A stretch of 64,000 nucleotides of DNA from Oscillospiraceae bacterium. Its GTDB lineage: Bacteria; Bacillota; Clostridia; Oscillospirales; CAG-382. The stretch lies in NCBI GenBank assembly GCA_015065165.1, contig SVQU01000007.1:7403-71402 (forward strand). Reading direction: 5' to 3'. Positions 18,800-26,183 of this stretch are shown piece after piece. The number at the start of each line of letters is the position of its first letter. Position 1 is the first letter of the stretch. The notes beneath the pieces were generated by a model that searched no databases, was not told the origin of the DNA, and saw only the letters and a program-made list of their open reading frames with translations. Position numbers and translations under genes: made by a program.

Positions 18800-20404
18800 T
18801 TAGAGCTTAGGACCTGCTTCAACAAGTGCCTTACCTGCATCGTTGCCGGTGTACTTAACAAAGTTCTTGATGAAACGGGATGCGAGGTCTTGAGCCTTTG
18901 CTTCCCAATCTGCAACGTTTGCATAGGTATCGCGAGGATCGAGGATGCCGGTATCAACGCCGGGAAGTTCGGTGGGAACTGCGAGGTTGAAGTAAGGAAT
19001 GGTCTTGGTGTCAGCCTTAGCGATATCGCCGTTGAGGATAGCGTCGATGATGCCGCGGGTATCCTTAATGGAGATACGCTTGCCGGTGCCGTTCCAACCG
19101 GTGTTTACGAGGTAAGCCTTAGCGCCGCTAACTTCCATCTTCTTAACGAGTTCTTCTGCATACTTGGTGGGGTGGAGTTCGAGGAACGCCTGACCGAAGC
19201 AAGCGGAGAAGGTGGGAGTAGGTTCGGTGATGCCTCTTTCGGTACCTGCGAGTTTAGCGGTGAAGCCGGAGAGGAAGTAGTACTGTGCCTGTTCGGGAGT
19301 GAGAACAGAAACAGGAGGAAGTACGCCGAATGCATCAGCAGAAAGGAAGATTACGTTCTTTGCTGCGGGAGCTGCGGAAACGGGACGTACGATGTTGTTG
19401 ATGTGGTTGATAGGATAAGAAACGCGGGTGTTTTCGGTAACGCTCTTATCAGCGAAATCGATCTTGCCGTTTTCGTCGAGAGTAACGTTTTCGAGAAGTG
19501 CGTTTTTCTTAATAGCGTTGTAGATATCGGGTTCGGAATCCTTATCGAGGTTGATAACCTTTGCGTAGCAACCGCCTTCGAAGTTGAATACGCCGTTATC
19601 GTCCCAGCCGTGTTCGTCGTCGCCGATGAGGAGACGCTTAGGATCGGTGGAAAGGGTGGTTTTACCTGTACCGGAAAGACCGAAGAAGAGAGCAGTGTTT
19701 TCGCCGTTCATATCGGTGTTTGCGGAGCAGTGCATGGAAGCGATGCCCTTGAGGGGGAGGTAGTAGTTCATCATAGAGAACATACCCTTCTTCATTTCGC
19801 CGCCGTACCAGGTATTAAGGATAACCTGTTCACGAGAAGTGATATTGAATGCAACTGCGGTTTCGGAGTTGAGGCCGAGTTCCTTGAAGTTTTCTACTTT
19901 AGCCTTAGAAGCGTTGTAAACAACGAAGTCGGGTTCGAAGTTTGCGAGTTCTTCTTCAGAAGGAACGATGAACATGTTCTTAATGAAGTGAGCCTGCCAA
20001 GCAACCTCAACGATGAAACGAACAGACATACGAGTGTCAACGTTTGCGCCGCAGAATGCATCTACAACGAAAAGACGTTTGTTAGAAAGTTCCTTAACAG
20101 CGAGATCCTTCAATACGTTCCAGCTGTCAACAGAAAGGGGGTGGTTGTCGTTCTTATATTCATCAGAGGTCCACCAAACGGTATCCTTGGAGTTTTCGTC
20201 CATAACGATGAATTTGTCTTTGGGCGAACGACCGGTGTAAACACCTGTCATAACGTTAACTGCGCCAAGTTCGCTAACCTGACCTTTTTCGAAGCCTTCG
20301 AGTTCGGGTTTGATTTCTTCAGCAAAAAGCACATCGTACGAGGGGTTATGTACGATTTCGGTAGTACCGGAAATGCCGTATTTGCTCAAATCGAGTTTTG
20401 CCAT
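18800..20404 (-). CDS. pckA: phosphoenolpyruvate carboxykinase (ATP)
   Basis: 534 aa with the kinase-1a motif [19 protein letters not shown] and typical PckA ends. Third-position codon bias is strong, as in highly expressed genes. Confidence 0.95.
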   Translation of the reverse strand: MAKLDLSKYGISGTTEIVHNPSYDVLFAEEIKPELEGFEKGQVSELGAVNVMTGVYTGRSPKDKFIVMDENSKDTVWWTSDEYKNDNHPLSVDSWNVLKDLAVKELSNKRLFVVDAFCGANVDTRMSVRFIVEVAWQAHFIKNMFIVPSEEELANFEPDFVVYNASKAKVENFKELGLNSETAVAFNITSREQVILNTWYGGEMKKGMFSMMNYYLPLKGIASMHCSANTDMNGENTALFFGLSGTGKTTLSTDPKRLLIGDDEHGWDDNGVFNFEGGCYAKVINLDKDSEPDIYNAIKKNALLENVTLDENGKIDFADKSVTENTRVSYPINHINNIVRPVSAAPAAKNVIFLSADAFGVLPPVSVLTPEQAQYYFLSGFTAKLAGTERGITEPTPTFSACFGQAFLELHPTKYAEELVKKMEVSGAKAYLVNTGWNGTGKRISIKDTRGIIDAILNGDIAKADTKTIPYFNLAVPTELPGVDTGILDPRDTYANVADWEAKAQDLASRFIKNFVKYTGNDAGKALVEAGPKL

Positions 20405-20446
20405 TTTTAAAAACCTCTTTCTTTAAATTCAAATTGTACCGTTTAT

Positions 20447-20476
20447 AATATACTATACACACCAATCAAATGTCAA
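20447..20476 (-). promoter_or_regulatory. putative sigma-A promoter of pckA (TTGACA-18-TATATT)
   Basis: On the minus strand, TTGACA is at 20471-20476 and TATATT at 20447-20452, about 40 nt upstream of the ATG. Confidence 0.5.
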
Positions 20477-20593
20477 TATCATTTATAAGAATTTTTCCTT
20501 ATTTCGGCAATATTTTTCGGTTAAATAGCACAATTTAATCGCAAAGGGCAGGCTCGGTTACAATTTTGCTTTTGTTTGATTTTTAGGCAAAGC

Positions 20594-20620
20594 AAAAACA
20601 CCGCCGAAGCGGTGTTTTCT
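20594..20620 (-). terminator. rho-independent terminator downstream of the XRE gene
   Basis: ACACCGC pairs with GCGGTGT around a CGAA loop, with an A-run and a T-run on either side. Confidence 0.7.
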
Positions 20621-20707
20621 TTACTATTTTGGAAAAACTTCCATTAGTCTTAGGTTTTTAATGTCAATGTCAATTGGTAAAACAATATAAATTCCATTAT
20701 CCATTTT

Positions 20708-21325
20708 TCACCAAGCGTCTTCTTCGGAAATCAGACCCATTTCGACCTGTTCCTTAATCATTGCTCTGAGATATTTTAGGTTTGTATTTCTATATTCCCA
20801 CACTTTTTCTTTGCAAACAAAGTGTTTGTTAGGTTTATCGTCGTCAAAAATCTTTCCGTCAGCCAATCTAACGCTATAAGCATCGCAAAGCACGTTTGGT
20901 TTCAAACATTTTTGAAGAATATAAGGGAAACCTTCTTCAGTGGACATAAACTGTACTCTTACTTCCCAACGCTCTACAATTTCATCGCCTCTTAAACCCC
21001 TATTCTTAACGACCTTGCATTCCTTTATAGTCCCATGGTCTAAAATGCTCATATCCTCGATATCGTTCAAGCAAAGTCCGAAATTATATTGATTAACAAT
21101 TTTCACCGGTTTGCATTCGAGAGTATAATCAAACAACTCGTCCATTGTTATGTGAAACAATTGTGCAATTCGAGGTAGCAAAGATATATCCGGGAAGCTT
21201 TCGCGATTTTCCCATTTACTAACCGCCGCTTTGGTAACGCCTAACATATTTGCAAGTTCCTCTTGTGTTAAATCTCGTTCACGTCGCTTTGATTTTATTA
21301 TATCTCCCATTTTGATATTGCTCAT
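20708..21325 (-). CDS. XRE-family HTH transcriptional regulator with unknown ~140-aa C-terminal domain
   Basis: The N-terminal Cro/C1 HTH reads IKSKRRERDLTQEELANMLGVTKAAVSKWENRESFPDISLLPRIAQLF. I do not recognise the C-terminal part. Confidence 0.8.
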   Translation of the reverse strand: MSNIKMGDIIKSKRRERDLTQEELANMLGVTKAAVSKWENRESFPDISLLPRIAQLFHITMDELFDYTLECKPVKIVNQYNFGLCLNDIEDMSILDHGTIKECKVVKNRGLRGDEIVERWEVRVQFMSTEEGFPYILQKCLKPNVLCDAYSVRLADGKIFDDDKPNKHFVCKEKVWEYRNTNLKYLRAMIKEQVEMGLISEEDAW

Positions 21326-21367
21326 AAATTACACCTCACAAATTCAAGTCTCCTTAGAACTGAAACT

Positions 21368-21413
21368 AGTATATCATTTATCACAGAGAAAGTAAAGCGA
21401 TGATTGATATACT
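21368..21413 (-). promoter_or_regulatory. putative XRE promoter (TTTACT-17-TGaTATACT) flanked by a 9-bp inverted repeat
   Basis: On the minus strand, -10 is at 21368-21373 and -35 at 21391-21396. AGTATATCA (21368-21376) and TGATATACT (21405-21413) form a perfect inverted repeat, and one arm overlaps the -10. Confidence 0.4.
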
Positions 21414-21446
21414 TTGTCAACCGATAGTTGACTTCAAGATATGAAT

Positions 21447-21476
21447 TAAACGCCGAGAAATTACTTCTCGGCGGTG
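21447..21476 (-). terminator. rho-independent terminator of the isomerase gene
   Basis: CGCCGAGAA (21451-21459) pairs with TTCTCGGCG (21465-21473). The minus strand continues with TTTAATT. Confidence 0.65.
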
Positions 21477-21486
21477 TTGCTTATAT

Positions 21487-22305
21487 CTACAATTTAATTA
21501 ACCCACGCACCTGTAAAATTTGATTATTCAGCATTTCGATATCAACAATTCCGTTAGAATCGAATGCGGTAGATTCCAGGGTAAAAGTATCGTTATATCC
21601 GATGCTTTTTACATATTCAAAGAATCTCTTAAAGTCTATGTTTCCTCTACCAACGGGTAATGTGCGAAGGTTTGCCCAATCCATAAAACCTCCGCCATAA
21701 TCATTTACGTGGAAATGTCTAATCTGTTTAGCATAGGGCGTATAGTCGGACGAATACAGAAGTTCTATTTGTTGATGAAACGCAGCCATTTTGGTGTCGA
21801 AAACAAATTTCACATCGTTATATGTATTAATTAATTCCAAGCAACGTGTCATAGGATCTTTATTGTTACAAACAACGTTTTCTACAAGCAACGTTTGGTT
21901 ATAACGTAAAGCTATTTCGGCAAGCTTGGGATATATTTTTAAATTATTACCGAAGGTTCCGTCCGAAGGAATACCGTCCCAAAGATGCAACACTAATTTT
22001 TTCGCACCGATTTCTTTTGCAATCTTACAGTTAAGCTCAAAGTTATCAAGTGCAGTGTTAAATCTATCCTCCCCGCCGATACTTATGCTTTCACCTATTT
22101 TCTTCTCACAGTGTACAACAGGTATATTAAGTTTAAGCGAACATAAAAAGGAAAGTAAATTTTCAATTTCTCCATACCAAGAGCTGTATATCATAAATTC
22201 AAAACCGTCGCAATTAAGTTGTTTTGAAAACTGCTCTAATAGACGGTAATCTCTACCGTTTGGTCTACCAATAAGAGCGCCGGTTGAACATAGAATTTCT
22301 GCCAT
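21487..22305 (-). CDS. sugar phosphate isomerase/epimerase (xylose-isomerase-like TIM barrel, AP endonuclease 2 fold)
   Basis: 272 aa. The pattern ...FEFMIYSSW...KKLVLHLWDG...LLVENV...FHVNDYGG... is typical of this fold. The substrate is unknown. Confidence 0.7.
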   Translation of the reverse strand: MAEILCSTGALIGRPNGRDYRLLEQFSKQLNCDGFEFMIYSSWYGEIENLLSFLCSLKLNIPVVHCEKKIGESISIGGEDRFNTALDNFELNCKIAKEIGAKKLVLHLWDGIPSDGTFGNNLKIYPKLAEIALRYNQTLLVENVVCNNKDPMTRCLELINTYNDVKFVFDTKMAAFHQQIELLYSSDYTPYAKQIRHFHVNDYGGGFMDWANLRTLPVGRGNIDFKRFFEYVKSIGYNDTFTLESTAFDSNGIVDIEMLNNQILQVRGLIKL

Positions 22306-22332
22306 TTTATCACCCTTTGATTAATTTATTAC

Positions 22333-22360
22333 ATTATACACGTTTATGTTGTTTTTGCAA
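22333..22360 (-). promoter_or_regulatory. putative sigma-A promoter of the isomerase gene (TTGCAA-16-TATAAT)
   Basis: On the minus strand, TATAAT is at 22333-22338 and TTGCAA at 22355-22360. Confidence 0.4.
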
Positions 22361-22445
22361 TAGTGTTCTGTCAAAATTCAAGTTTTTTAATAAAATGATA
22401 TGGAGGGCATAAAAAATACACCCTCGGAAAGGAAAAAGCTTTAAA

Positions 22446-23309
22446 ATGGCAACTATAATAACTAACCAAGCCACACTTAATTATAGATACGGCGGTGTGT
22501 CTGCTTCAACCGTATCGAATATTACGTCTGCGGTTTTTGGCGCTTCGTTAGACATTGAAAAAACCTCGCTTAACGAAAGTTATCGCGTGGGCGAAGGCCT
22601 GACCTATATTATTACGCTTAATAACAGCGGTGCTGCTCTGGACGAGGTTACCGTAAGTGATAATCTGGGCAGTTATAATTTTAACGGCACTATATTAACG
22701 CCGTTAACCTATACAGGACCTGCGCGATTATTCGTTAACGGTGTTTTTGTTTCAGAGCTCACACCCGAAATTGATGAAAACGAAATAATATTTTTCATTG
22801 AAAATTTGCCTGCAAACGCTAATGCTCAGATAGTTTATCAAGCAACACCCAACCAATTTGCAAACCGTTGTTGCGGCGATTTTATTACAAACACGGCAAC
22901 AGCAGAATGCAACTGCCCTTGCAATATTCCTGCAAGTTCAAGCAATACTCTGACAGCCGACTGCTTTGCGGACGTAAGAATTGTTAAATCGGTATGCCCT
23001 AACCCCATAATCTGCGGCGAAGAAGTAACCTATATTTTCGATATTTCAAACTATGGGAACATCCCCGCAACCGACGTGGTTTTAACAGATACCTTTAATC
23101 CCCCGTTGACTGATATAACCGTTTCTCTTAACGTAAATCCACTATCCCCATTGGATTACAGCTATATTAACGGAACGTTAACTATCCCCTCTGAAGACAG
23201 CAGTCTTGATTTAACCGTCCCTGCCGCAACCTGTGTTCAAAATCCTCAAACAGGTGAAATCACAATTGTTCCGGGTAATATTCAAATCGTTGTAAGCGGT
23301 AATATTTAA
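22446..23309 (+). CDS. DUF11 (conserved-repeat-domain) protein, two repeats joined by a Cys-rich linker, no signal peptide
   Basis: 287 aa with two DUF11-like units (LDIEKTSLNESYRVGEGLTYIITLNNSGAALDEVTVSDNLG and VRIVKSVCPNPIICGEEVTYIFDISNYGNIPATDVVLTDTF). The linker reads RCCGDFITNTATAECNCPCN. There is no N-terminal hydrophobic segment. Confidence 0.6.
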   Translation: MATIITNQATLNYRYGGVSASTVSNITSAVFGASLDIEKTSLNESYRVGEGLTYIITLNNSGAALDEVTVSDNLGSYNFNGTILTPLTYTGPARLFVNGVFVSELTPEIDENEIIFFIENLPANANAQIVYQATPNQFANRCCGDFITNTATAECNCPCNIPASSSNTLTADCFADVRIVKSVCPNPIICGEEVTYIFDISNYGNIPATDVVLTDTFNPPLTDITVSLNVNPLSPLDYSYINGTLTIPSEDSSLDLTVPAATCVQNPQTGEITIVPGNIQIVVSGNI

Positions 23310-23316
23310 AAAACAA

Positions 23317-23347
23317 AGAGGGGTGCTAACGCATCCCTCTGATTTTT
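23317..23347. terminator. bidirectional terminator (DUF11 gene / CBS gene, convergent)
   Basis: AGAGGGGTGC pairs with GCATCCCTCT around a TAAC loop, followed by GATTTTT. Confidence 0.7.
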
Positions 23348-23349
23348 CA

Positions 23350-23766
23350 CTATTGTTTACATTGTTCATAGGAATCGATAAGAAAGGTTATAACCGCTTT
23401 TCTTGTTACAATACCTATAAAAACTCCCCTATCGTCCACCACAGGGACAAAATTTTGCTCTGTGATTCTATTAAATAATTGCTCTACCGTACAGGTTATA
23501 CTAACAGGAGGGTTCCAATCGGGACGAATAACATCGCGGATACAAACTTTTTCGTGGTCTCTTAAATCGCTAACGCCTTGGTTATTAATCATTGCTCGAA
23601 GCAAATCGCCCTCGGTAACTGTGCCCACGTATACACCATCGGATGAAACAACGGGTATAGCGCGAAATTTATGATATGTCATTTTTTCAAATCCGTTGCG
23701 TACAGTCGCCGCGGAATCAAGATAAGACACGCTGCTTTTAGGCGTGAGGAATCGCATAATATTCAT
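23350..23766 (-). CDS. CBS-domain pair protein
   Basis: 138 aa with two CBS repeats (...FRAIPVVSSDGVYVGTVTEGDLL... and ...NFVPVVDDRGVFIGIVTRKAVI...). Confidence 0.8.
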   Translation of the reverse strand: MNIMRFLTPKSSVSYLDSAATVRNGFEKMTYHKFRAIPVVSSDGVYVGTVTEGDLLRAMINNQGVSDLRDHEKVCIRDVIRPDWNPPVSITCTVEQLFNRITEQNFVPVVDDRGVFIGIVTRKAVITFLIDSYEQCKQ

Positions 23767-23790
23767 TAGTGTCCTCCGTTTTTAAAATTA

Positions 23791-24249
23791 TTATAATGGC
23801 ATTTCCATATGACGTGTTCTTGTAGTTAAGCCGTACTTTTCATAAAAATCCACCGCAGAAGAATTAAACTCCCACACGTTAAGCATAAGTTGACTGCAAT
23901 TGGATTTTCTGCCATACTCTACAGCTTTGTCCATCAACATATGCCCGATTCCGTTTTTGCGGGCACGAGGAGAAACACAAAGGTCATCCACGTAAAGTGT
24001 AAAGCCGTTGCCCTCTTTAATTATATCGCAAAACACGTATCCCAAAACGCGATTATCATTAACTGCCACAAAAACACCGTGATTGTCATTTAAAAAACGT
24101 AATTCAAGCTCTTCAACGGTATATTTGCTTATTAAATCGGGGAACATATCGGGACGTCCGTTCCGATGCAAGTCTGCAATAATACGCAAAAGATTATATA
24201 CTTCGTTAGCATCTTCAGGCTTCGCAGCACGAACAAGAATTTTGTTCAT
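23791..24249 (-). CDS. GNAT family N-acetyltransferase
   Basis: 152 aa with the acetyl-CoA motif LCVSPRARKNGIGHMLMDKAVEYG. Confidence 0.85.
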   Translation of the reverse strand: MNKILVRAAKPEDANEVYNLLRIIADLHRNGRPDMFPDLISKYTVEELELRFLNDNHGVFVAVNDNRVLGYVFCDIIKEGNGFTLYVDDLCVSPRARKNGIGHMLMDKAVEYGRKSNCSQLMLNVWEFNSSAVDFYEKYGLTTRTRHMEMPL

Positions 24250-24251
24250 AA

Positions 24252-24764
24252 TTAATCAACTCTTTTATACGTACAGAAAGTGAATTTCATATCTTCTTCC
24301 GAATCGGTTTCGGGATTTGTGGAAAATTCTTCGCTTATATCCGACAACACCCATTGTGATGACAAATCAAGATTATCGAAATAAGCATCCTTTTCAAAGC
24401 TCTTTTGGAATTTCGTTACGTAAGCGGTATCGCAATAAGGCAACAACTGTGAATAAACCTTTGCACCGCCGATTACAAAAACAGAATCGCTGTCATACTC
24501 CTTAATAATCTCAAACAGCTCGTCCATCGAACGAGCCATAACAGCCCCTTCGGGAGAATAATCGGGATTACGGGAAAGAACGATATTTACCCTATCCTTT
24601 AACACTCTACCACCGGGAAAGGTGGCAAGGGTTTTTGAGCCCAAAATAACCACGTTACCTTTTGTGAGGCTTTGAAAATACTTTAAATCGGCACGGACAC
24701 GGGCAAGAAGCTCACCTTTGTTGCCAATGCCCCATTCATTATCTACAGCTACAACAAGTTTCAT
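24252..24764 (-). CDS. folA: dihydrofolate reductase
   Basis: 170 aa with MKLVVAVDNEWGIGNKGELLARVRADLKYFQSLT and VIGGAKVY. It lies directly downstream of thyA. Confidence 0.9.
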   Translation of the reverse strand: MKLVVAVDNEWGIGNKGELLARVRADLKYFQSLTKGNVVILGSKTLATFPGGRVLKDRVNIVLSRNPDYSPEGAVMARSMDELFEIIKEYDSDSVFVIGGAKVYSQLLPYCDTAYVTKFQKSFEKDAYFDNLDLSSQWVLSDISEEFSTNPETDSEEDMKFTFCTYKRVD

Positions 24765-24766
24765 AT

Positions 24767-25597
24767 TTATACCGCCACAGGGAATTTTCCGATTTTTTCA
24801 CCGTGAACGTAATTTTCAACGGTAAAGCTATCGGGAGTAAATGAATAAAAATCCGTAATTGAAGGGTCTAAAGTAACCTTTGGAGCATCAAAGCATTCAC
24901 GTTCAATGAGTTCCTTTACAATAGGAATATGTTTATCATAAATATGAGCATCCGCAATAACGTGAATCAACTCGCCCGGCTTTAATCCCGATGCTTGCGC
25001 AAGCATCATAACCAATGCCGCATACTGTGCCACATTCCAAGCATTTGCCGCAAGCATATCCTGAGAGCGTTGGTTAAGTATCGCGCAAAGCTTGCCGTCA
25101 ACAACGTTAAAGGTCATGGAATAGGCGCAAGGATAAAGCGCCATTTCGGAAAGGTCGGCAAAATTATACATATTGGTCATTATACGACGGCTGCAGGGGT
25201 TGTTCTTAAGGTCAAACAAAACACGGTCAACCATATCAAATTCACCCTCACGATATTTATGCTTAACGCCCATTTGGTAGCCGTAAGCCTTGCCTATAGA
25301 ACCGTTTTCATCCGCCCAAGCGTCCCAAATACCGCTGCCAAGGTCATTTATATTATTGGATTTCTTCTGCCAAATCCAAAGAATTTCATCAACCGCTTTT
25401 TTTAATGAAATGGGACGTATAGTTATCAAAGGAAATTCTTTTGATAAATCATAACGGTTTACAACCCCAAATTTTTTTATGGTATACGCAGGTGTGCCGT
25501 CTTCCCAATGGGGACGAACTCGGTCATCAAAAACAGGTGTTCCGTTTTCGATTATATCCCTGCAAGTTTCTATAAAAGCTTTATCTGCAGAACTCAT
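24767..25597 (-). CDS. thyA: thymidylate synthase (ThyA type)
   Basis: The active-site region reads RRIMTNMYN...LYPCAYSMTFNV...LNQRSQDML...DAHIY. I moved the start to ATG 25597 (MSSADKAF...), which has a GTGAGG RBS. Confidence 0.93.
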   Translation of the reverse strand: MSSADKAFIETCRDIIENGTPVFDDRVRPHWEDGTPAYTIKKFGVVNRYDLSKEFPLITIRPISLKKAVDEILWIWQKKSNNINDLGSGIWDAWADENGSIGKAYGYQMGVKHKYREGEFDMVDRVLFDLKNNPCSRRIMTNMYNFADLSEMALYPCAYSMTFNVVDGKLCAILNQRSQDMLAANAWNVAQYAALVMMLAQASGLKPGELIHVIADAHIYDKHIPIVKELIERECFDAPKVTLDPSITDFYSFTPDSFTVENYVHGEKIGKFPVAV

Positions 25598-25623
25598 AAT
25601 ATACGCCTCACTTTCTTTTTTAT

Positions 25624-25653
25624 ATGATAACACAATTTTAATGCAGTTGTCAA
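25624..25653 (-). promoter_or_regulatory. sigma-A promoter of thyA-folA operon (TTGACA-18-TGtTATCAT)
   Basis: On the minus strand, TTGACA is at 25648-25653 and an extended -10 TGtTATCAT ends at 25624. Confidence 0.55.
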
Positions 25654-25727
25654 CAATATATAGTGGTTGTTTTTAAATATATCGTAAATTTTGTATTTTT
25701 AAATATTTGTGAACTTTTTAAAAATGT

Positions 25728-25786
25728 CTTGACAACTTCGGTTGGTTGTTATAGACTAAATGCACAGGTTGGTTGTTGTAAACCAA
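25728..25786 (+). promoter_or_regulatory. blaI-like gene promoter with candidate operator repeats
   Basis: TTGACA at 25728-25733 and a TAGACT -10 at 25751-25756 (17-nt spacer). The 11-mer GGTTGGTTGTT occurs twice (25739-25749 and 25766-25776, 27 bp apart). The second copy is part of the dyad GTTGGTT-N6-AACCAAC (25767-25786). Confidence 0.5.
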
Positions 25787-25806
25787 CATTTAGAGAGGTA
25801 TTTATT

Positions 25807-26181
25807 ATGGATGAAAAAAATTTAAAATTATGCGAAAGCGATTACCGCTTTATGACAGTTATATGGGAAAATGAACCTATACAGTCGGGTAAGCTTGTCG
25901 AAATTTGTAAAGAAAAGCTTGGTTGGAAGAAGCCCACCACCTACACCACATTAAAGAAAATGAGCGAAAAAGGGTTCGCACAGAACGTAGACACCGTTGT
26001 TACTTCTTTAATAGCCAAAGAGGACGTTCAGGTGTTTGCCAGCGAGCATTTTGTAAACCATACCTTTGAGGGTTCTTTGCCGAAGTTTTTGGTTGCTTTT
26101 TTTGGTGGCAAAAAGATTTCGGAGGACGAAGCAGAAGAATTGAAAAGACTGATTGACCAACACAAAGAAAGCGAGGGATAA
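25807..26181 (+). CDS. BlaI/MecI/CopY-family winged-helix transcriptional repressor
   Basis: 124 aa from ATG 25807 (RBS AGAGAGG). The pattern ESDYRFMTVIWENEPIQSGKLVEICKEKLGWKKPTTYTTLKKMSEKGF is typical of the family. The upstream 48 codons of the ORF-track call cover the promoter. Confidence 0.85.
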   Translation: MDEKNLKLCESDYRFMTVIWENEPIQSGKLVEICKEKLGWKKPTTYTTLKKMSEKGFAQNVDTVVTSLIAKEDVQVFASEHFVNHTFEGSLPKFLVAFFGGKKISEDEAEELKRLIDQHKESEG

Positions 26182-26183
26182 TA

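Noticed and set aside
18890-20410. A 506-aa plus-strand ORF lying antisense to pckA.
   Set aside because: It overlaps pckA exactly. Its translation is low-complexity (G/V/E/F-rich) with no recognisable motif and no RBS. This is the stop-free antisense frame expected from the strong codon bias of a highly expressed gene.
20477-20593. A possible CcpA cre site (TGTAACCGAGCCTG on the minus strand) upstream of pckA.
   Set aside because: It fails the cre consensus WTGNAANCGNWNNCW at two fixed positions and is not palindromic.
22399-22458. A 19-codon upstream ORF (MEGIKKYTLGKEKALKWQL) overlapping the DUF11 start codon.
   Set aside because: It has no RBS, is AT-rich and fits chance expectation, and nothing suggests a leader-peptide function.
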